This document shows positions 56,163-64,000 of a DNA stretch of 64,000 nt, piece by piece. A program made the translations under genes and the position numbers. Location of the stretch: positions 1,372 to 65,371 of the forward strand of contig CALVMU010000003.1 in assembly GCA_944348085.1 (NCBI GenBank). The letters run 5' to 3'. This DNA comes from an uncultured Clostridia bacterium. Its GTDB lineage: Bacteria; Bacillota; Clostridia; Christensenellales; UBA1242. The notes beneath the pieces were generated by a model. That model did not search any database. It was not told where the DNA came from and saw only the letters and a list, made by a program, of their open reading frames with translations. Numbering within the stretch: the first letter of the stretch is position 1; each line of letters starts with the position of its first letter.

Positions 56163-56887
56163 GCATTTTCCTCCCAAAATTTTCCTAAAAGTTTGTTTAC
56201 AGAAAGTGGATTTGTCAAAAAGCAAAAATGTCCAGCGCCTTTGATAAATACAAGTTTTGATTTTGGCAAGATTTTTTTAAGTTTTTTTGCCATGTAAAGT
56301 GGTGTTTGGTCGTCTTTTTCGCCCCAAATCAGCAGGCAAGGACAGCGCACATTCTTGTAATAGGCAAGCAAATCTTCATTTACAATGCTGTTGAAAGTTT
56401 TTTTCATGCCTTCATCAAGCATTTTATAATCTTTTGAGCCCAAATTGAGCGTGCTTCTGCCAAGTTTTTTCAGCAATTTGTATTTATAAATTTTGTAATA
56501 ATATTTAAGGTTGCGTCTAGGTTTTAGCCCTGCGCTTCCAATCAAAATGCATGAATGCACAAGCGAGCATTTGACAGAGGCAAGAATGGATGCGACTCGG
56601 CCACCAAATGAATGAGCCAAGATGTCACATTTTTCTATGCCCAAATGTTCACATAAACTCATGACCAAGGCAACATATGTGTATATGGTAAAATCTTCAA
56701 TTGTTTTTTGACTTTTGCCAAAAGGTGGAAAATCTATGCACAGAAAAACGCGGTCAGGAAAGCTCTGCCAAATGCCTTTAAAAATTTCGCTGTCCACTCC
56801 CCAACCATGCAACAAAAGAATGGGACTTTTGCTCTGCCCATTTTTAAATGAAAAGTAAACCTTGACTCCGCCATAGTTATAAAACAT
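56159..56887 (-). CDS. alpha/beta hydrolase
   Basis: LLLHGWG oxyanion region, nucleophile elbow AHSFGG and a C-terminal GAGHF. Confidence 0.7.
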   Translation of the reverse strand: MFYNYGGVKVYFSFKNGQSKSPILLLHGWGVDSEIFKGIWQSFPDRVFLCIDFPPFGKSQKTIEDFTIYTYVALVMSLCEHLGIEKCDILAHSFGGRVASILASVKCSLVHSCILIGSAGLKPRRNLKYYYKIYKYKLLKKLGRSTLNLGSKDYKMLDEGMKKTFNSIVNEDLLAYYKNVRCPCLLIWGEKDDQTPLYMAKKLKKILPKSKLVFIKGAGHFCFLTNPLSVNKLLGKFWEENA

Positions 56888-57036
56888 AGTATTTTTTATG
56901 ATTTTGATGGCAATAAGTTGAAAGATTTTCTAAAATTTGACTAAAACTTTTCAAATTTATTTGTAATTTTTTTAAAAAAATAGTATTATATATTTAGCCG
57001 ATAAGGTAATTTTAGACAAAAGGAAGGTATAAGGAC

Positions 57037-57309
57037 TTGAAAATCACAGATGTAAGAATTAGACTTGTTGCTAAAGAGGAGTTAAAGCTTAGAGCCGTTG
57101 CTTCAATCACAATTGACGAATGTTTCGTTATTCACGACATTAAAGTGATTGATGGAAAAGATGGACTTTTCATTTCAATGCCAAACAGAAAAACTCCAAA
57201 TGGTGAATTTAAAGATATCGTTCACCCAATCAACACAGAAACAAGAGAGATGATCAAATCTGCTGTTTTAGAGGCTTATGAAAAAGCAAGCGTTGAAGGT
57301 GAAGAATAA
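57037..57309 (+). CDS. spoVG: septation/sporulation regulator SpoVG
   Basis: (M)[10 protein letters not shown]...[35 protein letters not shown] start after a GGAAGG RBS. Confidence 0.93.
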   Translation: MKITDVRIRLVAKEELKLRAVASITIDECFVIHDIKVIDGKDGLFISMPNRKTPNGEFKDIVHPINTETREMIKSAVLEAYEKASVEGEE

Positions 57310-57341
57310 TTTTATTAAATAAAATTTTGGCAAAACAAAAA

Positions 57342-57366
57342 CAAGCACTTTTGGTGCTTGTTTTTT
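57342..57366. terminator. bidirectional terminator
   Basis: CAAGCAC-TTTTG-GTGCTTG followed by TTTTTT. Confidence 0.75.
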
Positions 57367-57484
57367 GTTTAAATTACAATAATTAAATTATAGAATTATT
57401 TGTTATTAATTTAATTAAAAATTTTTTATAATTTATTTTCCATTTATGTTTTTTTTTGATGATTTTTTATTTTTTATCAAATTT

Positions 57485-58942
57485 TTACATCAAAAGACTT
57501 CCATTGTCAGTTTTGATAACTTTCAAAATGTTTTCAGTGCCACCGTCTTCAGTATTAAAATAGAAGTAATAGGTGTTGTCATCTTTTGTTGCTTCAACCT
57601 CATAACATACAACTTCGCGGTTATAGTCAAGTGGCGAAAGCACAACTCGTGACTGAACAATGGTAAATGCACTTGGAATTTTTGCCTCAGCCTCTGCCTT
57701 GGTCAAACTGCCCTTTGAAAGAGAGCGCGCTGTGTGATTTGTAAAATATGTTGTCGCGTCATATCCTACAACCGTTCCGCTTGTCATGTCAATTTTGACT
57801 TTTACAAGGTCAGGATAAAGAACTATTCCGTTTTGAACAGGCGCAATGTTTAAATAGAGGTCTTCATAAAGTGAGTCACTCCAAACCACCTGTCCATTTT
57901 CAACGCCATTGTTTTTTGCAAATTCAAGTGCAATTTTCTTGGCATTATCTTCACTGACAGTGCTTGCACCGCTCTTTCCAGCACCACTGACAGTCAAAAT
58001 ATGTCCGCCAATTTTGGTAACTTGAATATAAAGCGTTTCATTATTTGAATTTTCCGCCCTAAAATTGTAAGTTTCAAATTTACCCTTTGTGGTGTCTTGA
58101 TAGCTGAGCGTTGTAAGATTTTTAAAATGCTTTTCAATTTTTGTTTTTGCCTCTTCTTGACTAACATTTGCCCCAGTCAGTCCTTTAACCTCGCTGTTTA
58201 CCACCGAGTCAGAGAAAGGTCCGTCATAAATCATCGTTGGATATTTGACATCAAGGTCAGACATCTGCGAAATTATATTTGTAAAGTTTGTAGTTCCGTC
58301 ATCATTGAAAGTGCTTTCATCAAGGATTGAATAACCCTCTTGCATTTTTCGAGCAAAACTGTTGAGTTCATTTTTAAGAGTAAGCACATTTTGATAAACT
58401 TCTTCAAGCGTTGCAAGTTCGCTTTCAGAGAGCGTTCCACCTTTTGCAATCTTGTCAGAAAGAGTGCTTGTGTAACCATAGATTTGATTGACCATTCTCA
58501 CCATATCAGAGATATCGCTTTGCGTGAGAGGAAGCCCTGCCACTGAAATTTGTGCCTCATTTGAAGCCTTAGCAACCGAATTTAAAAGTTTGGTTTGATA
58601 GCTTGAGCCAGAGCTTACCAGCACTTTTGAAAGGTCATTTTCTGCCGTGTTAACGCTGTCGAGCAAGTTGTAAAAATTTTTCTCATAAACATTTTCAAGG
58701 TCATATCTAAGGCTGTCAGACTGCGCTTGAGTGATGCCATAAGCCACGCCAAGACCAATGGTCGAAAGTGCAAGAATAGAGGTTGCAATTGCCAGGGCTT
58801 TGATTGTTTTGTTTTTCTTTTTGATGTTTTTCTTTGAAATTTCCTCATTTTTTGCAAAATTTGTGTAATTTTGACCGTTTTTTTCATTTTTTACTTCAAA
58901 ATTTGTGTCAATTTCAAGAGATTTTGTTTTTTCGTCATTCAT
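57485..58942 (-). CDS. ypeB: germination protein YpeB
   Basis: N-terminal TM helix, YpeB-type N-domain and C-terminal PepSY-like repeats. Directly downstream of sleB. Confidence 0.75.
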   Translation of the reverse strand: MNDEKTKSLEIDTNFEVKNEKNGQNYTNFAKNEEISKKNIKKKNKTIKALAIATSILALSTIGLGVAYGITQAQSDSLRYDLENVYEKNFYNLLDSVNTAENDLSKVLVSSGSSYQTKLLNSVAKASNEAQISVAGLPLTQSDISDMVRMVNQIYGYTSTLSDKIAKGGTLSESELATLEEVYQNVLTLKNELNSFARKMQEGYSILDESTFNDDGTTNFTNIISQMSDLDVKYPTMIYDGPFSDSVVNSEVKGLTGANVSQEEAKTKIEKHFKNLTTLSYQDTTKGKFETYNFRAENSNNETLYIQVTKIGGHILTVSGAGKSGASTVSEDNAKKIALEFAKNNGVENGQVVWSDSLYEDLYLNIAPVQNGIVLYPDLVKVKIDMTSGTVVGYDATTYFTNHTARSLSKGSLTKAEAEAKIPSAFTIVQSRVVLSPLDYNREVVCYEVEATKDDNTYYFYFNTEDGGTENILKVIKTDNGSLLM

Positions 58943-58957
58943 GCTTTCTCGACCTCC

Positions 58958-59638
58958 TTATCTCGCAAAAATATGTTTTCCAATTGTGACAACCTGCTCT
59001 CTCGACCAAATCCAAGAGCTCGTGGCTGTTGCTGGATTGAAATAGTAAATACATCCATAAGTTGGATCCCAACCATTGAGAGCGTCTTGCGCTGCCTTGT
59101 ATGCCGTGTCATTTGGTGTCAAGTTGATTTGTCCATCGTCAACTGCTGTGAATGCGTAAGGCTGATAGATTACGCCCGCAATAGTGTTTGGGAAAGATGC
59201 GCTTTTAACTCTGTTTAAAACAACCGCAGCAACTGCAACCTGTCCAGTGTAAGGCTCACCGCGCGCTTCTGCATAAACACATCGAGCAAGAAGGTTAAGG
59301 TCGCTTGAAGAGATTGAAGAACTTGAGCCTGACAAGGTCATGCCAAGAGCAGCTGCAGTTTTTGGTCCGATAATTCCATCGACTGAAAGCCCATTTTTGC
59401 TTTGAAAATATTTGACCGCTTTGATTGTGAGTGGTCCATTGATGCCGTCAACGCTGCCTGTGTAGTATCCCCATCTTTTGAGCTTGGTTTGAGCTGTTCG
59501 AAGCTCAGATGATGTGATAGCTGCCTCCGTTTGACTATAGTCTGAGCCTAAATATGAAAAATATGTAACTCCAACTCCAGCCAAAGAAAGAAGCATCACA
59601 AATGCGAGTGAAAGAGATGCTAAAAGTCTTTTTTTCAT
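58958..59638 (-). CDS. sleB: spore cortex-lytic enzyme SleB
   Basis: Signal peptide. PG_binding_1 repeat (LKRWGYYTGSVDGINGPLT..AVKYFQ). Hydrolase_2 domain (ARCVYAEARGEPY...VVLNRV). Confidence 0.9.
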   Translation of the reverse strand: MKKRLLASLSLAFVMLLSLAGVGVTYFSYLGSDYSQTEAAITSSELRTAQTKLKRWGYYTGSVDGINGPLTIKAVKYFQSKNGLSVDGIIGPKTAAALGMTLSGSSSSISSSDLNLLARCVYAEARGEPYTGQVAVAAVVLNRVKSASFPNTIAGVIYQPYAFTAVDDGQINLTPNDTAYKAAQDALNGWDPTYGCIYYFNPATATSSWIWSREQVVTIGKHIFAR

Positions 59639-59650
59639 AAATTCCTCCTA

Positions 59651-60175
59651 TCATGAAAATACACTTTTAATTATCTCCCAAATTTGCGAAATATATACAA
59701 TATTGTCGGATTTTTTTGTTTCTGTAAAGCAAAAAGCAGGAAAAACAATGCACCACCAGTTGTCACCCTCTCCACTGCCAAGGTTTAAAATAAGTGCGTC
59801 GTAATAGCCTTCTTCAAGCGTCACTGTTTGATAAGTTCTGGTTGGAAAGTATTCGTTTGCAATGCGTGCAGAACTTTTGTATGTAAAACCATTTTCTTCA
59901 AGAACGCCATTTGCAACCTCTTCAATCATCGCAAAATTTTGACTTATCACTTTCGTTGCCTCGTCAAAACTTTCAATATCAGCAAGCACAGGAATAAGCG
60001 CTTCCACCACCTCATCTTTCACTTTGTATTTGACTGCTTGGTCAATCTCAGAATTCGAATTGGCTCTGATATGTATTCTTAAATATTGAACCTCACCCTC
60101 TCCGCTTACCAGGCCAGACAGTGCCAAAATAAGAGTGATTGCTACAACTGAAATTGTGATTAAAATATATTTCAT
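59651..60175 (-). CDS. spoIIR: stage II sporulation protein R
   Basis: The LRIHIRANSNSEIDQAVKYKVKDEVV signature after a signal anchor. Confidence 0.85.
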   Translation of the reverse strand: MKYILITISVVAITLILALSGLVSGEGEVQYLRIHIRANSNSEIDQAVKYKVKDEVVEALIPVLADIESFDEATKVISQNFAMIEEVANGVLEENGFTYKSSARIANEYFPTRTYQTVTLEEGYYDALILNLGSGEGDNWWCIVFPAFCFTETKKSDNIVYISQIWEIIKSVFS

Positions 60176-60253
60176 AATTTTCTCCGCAAGGTTTATTGCA
60201 CAAAAATAATAAAAATAAAGGGAAAAAATTGTTTATTTCAGTCAAAAAACAAT

Positions 60254-60281
60254 AAAAAATGCAAAACTTCATCGTTTTGCA
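60254..60281 (-). terminator. terminator after the SipL-like gene
   Basis: TGCAAAAC-TTCATC-GTTTTGCA flanked by A and T runs. Confidence 0.65.
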
Positions 60282-60311
60282 CTTTTTTGTTTTAGAGGAG
60301 TTAAGGCAATG

Positions 60312-61820
60312 TTAGCCTTGATAATATAACACGATAGAGCTGTCTTCTTCAAGTGGGAAAACTGTGTCAGGGTTTTGAATTGCCACTTGCTCAACAGGCA
60401 CATGAGCCATTTTGGCAATGTCCCAAGCATTTTGACCACTGCGAGCAAAGAGAACTTCCATTGCATAGTCTCGCTCAGGAAGAGGTTCGCTTTCGCTTGC
60501 CTCAGAAATCACTGCTGACAATCTGTCATAGAAGCAATTGATTGCAACCTTCACCTTTGCATCATAATAAAGGTCTCGGCCTTTTTTAACCACAACATCA
60601 ACATCGGTCACAATTGCAGATGCCACAATCTCACCTTGGCAGTCACAGTTATATTTTTCGGTGAAAGAGAAAGGAATTTCTGCTTGAACGCTGTTTAAGC
60701 TGTTGCTCTCATCATTAAGATAGACAACATTTGTCTTGGCGATGCCTTCAACTGTCACCTCTCCGTCTTGAAGATAAACATTTGTGAGAGTCACGCCATT
60801 GCCACTTGCAAACAGAACCTTATCAACTCTTGGCGAATCTTCATCAAGCGTCAAGCTTCCTTCAATTTTATCTTCTACAACTGCAGTAGGACAAACAACA
60901 GAATTTTCAAAGGACTCAGTTGTCACATTGATTTCTTCTTTTGTGCTGTAAAGGTCGCTTATCACGCTGACAACTTCGCTTTTATACACTTTGATATAGG
61001 CTTTAACTGGAACTTTTACTGTAAGTTTCTGACCATTGTCATCATTTTCGATTTCGCTTGACACATTCTCTTCCTTGACTGAAAGATATGCCTCAACGAT
61101 GTTTTCTTTTTCAGTGCCATCAACTTCAATCTCTTCTTTAAATGACTCGGTCATATAAAAGCTTTCAAATTTATCTTCATCTGTCAGATACAAAACTCGT
61201 GTCAAAACATCGCCTTGAAGCGAAACAAAGCCAGTTCCACTTTCAACGCTCTTCAGAAGCACTTGGCTTTCAGTTGTCAAAAGTTTTTTAATGTTTTCTT
61301 TTATAGTCACAGAAGATTCAACCTCAAAGCTGTCTTTCTTCGAGCCAACAAGTCTGACAACTTCAATCTCTTCATTTCTTGTGCAAACATCCTCATCGTT
61401 TGAGCCGATTGTGTCAACCTCTTTTTCATAAGAAAGCACTCCAGACTGATTGAGATTGACAACAAGCCTGATTGTGTCGCCAGAAATGCTTTCAACTGAG
61501 CTGTCAACAACTTTCAGCACGATAAAAGCATCACCGCCACTGACAATGTCGTTTGACTCAAATTTTGATGAGAAAGCGCAAGAATGACAACTAGAGTTTA
61601 TCTCTCCGTCGTTTGTCATATAGATGATTTTGAGGTCAACCGAACCAGAATAGTTTACAATACCATTCAACACCTCATTTGCCTCTTCGTTTGCCTTAAC
61701 TCCCACAGACAAGATTTTGCCAATCTCGCAGCCTAGCGAAACATTGCACTCAACTGCAAAGTCACTAGATGGAAGCTTTATCTTTTTTGCAACAGAAAAT
61801 TTGTTTGTTTCAAATGCCAT
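60312..61820 (-). CDS. DUF3794-repeat protein with a LysM-like C-terminus (SipL/SpoVID-type coat morphogenetic candidate)
   Basis: About 500 aa of acidic beta-rich repeats. The C-terminal 50 aa (YAMEVLFARSGQNAWDIAKMAHVPVEQVAIQNP) are LysM-like. Neighbours are sporulation genes. Start set at ATG 61820 after GGAGGG. Confidence 0.45.
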   Translation of the reverse strand: MAFETNKFSVAKKIKLPSSDFAVECNVSLGCEIGKILSVGVKANEEANEVLNGIVNYSGSVDLKIIYMTNDGEINSSCHSCAFSSKFESNDIVSGGDAFIVLKVVDSSVESISGDTIRLVVNLNQSGVLSYEKEVDTIGSNDEDVCTRNEEIEVVRLVGSKKDSFEVESSVTIKENIKKLLTTESQVLLKSVESGTGFVSLQGDVLTRVLYLTDEDKFESFYMTESFKEEIEVDGTEKENIVEAYLSVKEENVSSEIENDDNGQKLTVKVPVKAYIKVYKSEVVSVISDLYSTKEEINVTTESFENSVVCPTAVVEDKIEGSLTLDEDSPRVDKVLFASGNGVTLTNVYLQDGEVTVEGIAKTNVVYLNDESNSLNSVQAEIPFSFTEKYNCDCQGEIVASAIVTDVDVVVKKGRDLYYDAKVKVAINCFYDRLSAVISEASESEPLPERDYAMEVLFARSGQNAWDIAKMAHVPVEQVAIQNPDTVFPLEEDSSIVLYYQG

Positions 61821-61931
61821 TTTACCCTCCAAAACATTTTACGAGATATATTTACGAGCATTTCCCTGGATTTATGACAAAAATGTTTGAAAAAAAGAAA
61901 AATTGGCAATTATCTTAAACAGAGGTGATAT

Positions 61932-62168
61932 ATGAGAAAGGTTTTAATGAGCTTGGAAGATGTAAAACTCAAAATTTTGGCACTTAAAGGAAGAGAGGTA
62001 GAAATGAATGTCAATCGCGGTCGCAAAAAGATCGAAGCCGTCAGTGGTGTGATAAGAGATGTCTATCCAAGTGTTTTTACGGTTGAAACATCAATGTCGA
62101 AAATTCAAACATTTTCATATTTTGATGTTTTGTGCGGAAATGTTAAATTGAAAGAGATTGAGCTGTAG
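61932..62168 (+). CDS. veg: Veg protein (biofilm/sporulation-associated small protein)
   Basis: LKGREVEMNVNRGRKKIEAVSGVIRDVYPSVFTV matches my recollection of the Veg family pattern. Confidence 0.85.
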   Translation: MRKVLMSLEDVKLKILALKGREVEMNVNRGRKKIEAVSGVIRDVYPSVFTVETSMSKIQTFSYFDVLCGNVKLKEIEL

Positions 62169-62372
62169 CGTCAAAAACCGTATGTCGTTTATTCGTCCAA
62201 TGTCGAAAAAGCTTTTTTGCTTTGCAAAAAAAAACAAAAAGCGAGATAAATGTTATCAAATTTTACACTATTTATTAAAAAAGATTTTTTATAGCTTTGA
62301 CTTTTGAACTAATTTTAAGGAAAATATTGCAATTAATTTTAATTTATGATAACCTTTTAATAAGAGGTTTTT

Positions 62373-63470
62373 ATGCCAAAGTTAAAAATAACAAAGCAAT
62401 ACGCCAAAGAATTTGATGATAAGTGCGCAAAGGCGGATTCTCACGGATTTTTGAGATTTTTTACTAAACGAGATGCAAATAATCGATCATTACTGGATTT
62501 AATCGCACTGGTTGAGGACACAATAAAAATCAAACCAACCAAACATGATAGATATGTCGAGTTGAATGAACAAAAAATCGCAAATTGCGTAAATGAATTT
62601 TTCTCGCTTTACATGCCACAAAAGGCAGAAGAAGTTAGACAAATTTTTAACAGAACGCATCCATATTTTATTGATCAAGATGGCATAACGCATATTAATT
62701 TTATACATACACAACAAGGCGACCCACATTCTAGCAATGTTGGACATTCCGGAAGGTGCTCTTTCTTGGAGTTTAATGTTTACATACACAATTCTCTTGA
62801 CGATTTAAGAACAACAGCTCACGAACTTACTCATGCCCTTAGTTCTCATCATCAACATGTGATTGAAACGCTTCGTTCAAATGTTCCAATGCGAGAAATT
62901 GACAATTATGCTCATATAAATTTTGAAAAAGATTGCGTTGGAGAAATTGAAAGCTATATAACCGAAAAATTATTCAATAAGTTTTTATTTCAAAAAGGAA
63001 TTTATACAATAGAAGACTTGGACAACTATGAAAACCAGCAACAAGCTTGCTTGTTAACCGAAATCAATTTAATTCGAGAAGAAAGAGATATAATCAAAAA
63101 GCTTTCTTGTCCTGTAAGTTATGAAAGTCTAAAAAATTTAGTTGCAGAATTGCAAAGAAATAGACACAACCGACTTATTGAACGAATAAGAAAAATGCAT
63201 GACGATAATAAATGCAGTTCTTATATGTTTCGATATGTAGTTGGTCGTATTGTTGCAGATCAGTGGATTAAGCGCTTTGATAAAGCACAAGATCATCAAA
63301 CTCAACTAGATATGTTAGATAAGTTTCAAAATTATTTAGATAGAACTCATGAGTTTAATTTGGATAGCGCTTGCGAAAATTTACTTGGAGAAAATTTTGC
63401 TAGTATAGTTGAAGCTTATGTTATGGACAAAACAAATGATGCGATAAATTTAGATGAAAAAGCTTTATAA
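62373..63470 (+). CDS. putative HExxH zinc metallopeptidase (M3-like?), 365 aa
   Basis: TAHELTHAL motif with a downstream Glu (GEIESY). Sits in an AT-rich segment. Confidence 0.45.
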   Translation: MPKLKITKQYAKEFDDKCAKADSHGFLRFFTKRDANNRSLLDLIALVEDTIKIKPTKHDRYVELNEQKIANCVNEFFSLYMPQKAEEVRQIFNRTHPYFIDQDGITHINFIHTQQGDPHSSNVGHSGRCSFLEFNVYIHNSLDDLRTTAHELTHALSSHHQHVIETLRSNVPMREIDNYAHINFEKDCVGEIESYITEKLFNKFLFQKGIYTIEDLDNYENQQQACLLTEINLIREERDIIKKLSCPVSYESLKNLVAELQRNRHNRLIERIRKMHDDNKCSSYMFRYVVGRIVADQWIKRFDKAQDHQTQLDMLDKFQNYLDRTHEFNLDSACENLLGENFASIVEAYVMDKTNDAINLDEKAL

Positions 63471-63738
63471 TTTACAAAAGAATATTAAAATTTGGTTGTT
63501 AAACAAAAAAAACACATACATGACAACACCTTAATCAAAAGAGATAAAAATGGAGAGCAAACTGAGAATGCCCTCCACTTTTTCTTCATGTGTTATTTAC
63601 ATTTCAATGCAAAAAAATTAGCCACAAAAAAGAGCTCTAAATCTAGGGCTCTTCTAAATTATTCAGATAATTTTTAAAATAAAATCACTAAGCACTCGCT
63701 TTTTTTTGCGCAACTGTTGCGTGCTTTTTCGACCATTA

Positions 63739-64000
63739 TCACTTATATTGATCTGGCAAATACGATCGCTCCGCAACTACGGCACTTAAATAAGTTAACA
63801 TAAAGTTTTTATCTTTCATGACTTCAGGACTTTGCGCAAGCTTTAATGCTACCGTTAAACAATCTGCCATTCCAGGCAACATTTCTTGATCTATTTTAAT
63901 AGTTTTGATTATGTTAAGCTCACGATCCGACAGTTGTTTGCCGTGCTGTCTTAAATGTTCTTTTAATGAATTTGCATAAGAATCTTTTTGTTTTGCAAAT
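63739..64000 (-). CDS. hypothetical protein, C-terminal 87 codons only (runs off the right edge)
   Basis: My reverse-strand translation is open from 64000 to the TGA at 63741-63739: ...FAKQKDSYANSLKEHLRQHGKQLSDRELNIIKTIKIDQEMLPGMADCLTVALKLAQSPEVMKDKNFMLTYLSAVVAERSYLPDQYK. Confidence 0.4.
   Translation of the reverse strand, partial: FAKQKDSYANSLKEHLRQHGKQLSDRELNIIKTIKIDQEMLPGMADCLTVALKLAQSPEVMKDKNFMLTYLSAVVAERSYLPDQYK

Overview
The window reads as chromosome from a low-GC, endospore-forming Bacillota (Clostridia-like) organism. All calls come from motif recognition in the supplied translations and from reading the DNA by eye. No searches were run.

Layout:
- **1-11.3 kb:** a very AT-rich accessory region on both sides of a tRNA-Arg(CCT) gene. 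Sampled lines are about 20% GC, against about 40% in the core.
  - Left of the tRNA is an island with three parts: a 3-gene minus-strand operon, a 5'-truncated tyrosine recombinase followed by two small excisionase-like genes, and a stand-alone HEPN-motif protein. The operon encodes an SNF2-family helicase with a degenerate PLD-like N-terminus, a 398-aa protein with a hyper-acidic tail, and a third gene that runs off the left edge.
  - Right of the tRNA lie a membrane protein gene with an ambiguous start, about 520 bp of structured non-coding DNA, and a type II restriction-modification pair (C5-cytosine methyltransferase plus endonuclease).
- **11.3-18.4 kb:** orphan genes and a ydjGHI-like SPFH/zinc-ribbon membrane module.
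- **18.5-64 kb:** core genome.
  - The hrcA-grpE-dnaK-(2 inserted genes)-dnaJ operon, with a CIRCE operator.
  - A U32 peptidase gene, tsaD, prfB with its +1 frameshift, and tlyA.
  - yloV/asp23/rpmB, feoAB and nrdR.
  - A large GLUG-repeat surface protein.
  - A long division/cell-wall/sporulation block: murF-ddl-murE-mraY-murD-ftsW-murA-ftsQ-ftsA-ftsZ-spoIIGA-sigE-sigG-ylmC.
  - spoVG, sleB-ypeB, spoIIR, a SipL-like gene and veg.

The best candidate for an undescribed system is the helicase operon at 1-4972, inside the defence-island context. Other observations seen directly in the sequence:
- a 14-15 nt motif shared between the integrase truncation point and a nested hairpin 3.9 kb away;
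- a 100-nt four-way-junction structure right after dnaJ;
- a metallothionein-like Cys/His extension on GrpE;
- a membrane-anchored MurF;
- a roughly 210-bp imperfect palindrome at 11.64-11.85 kb.
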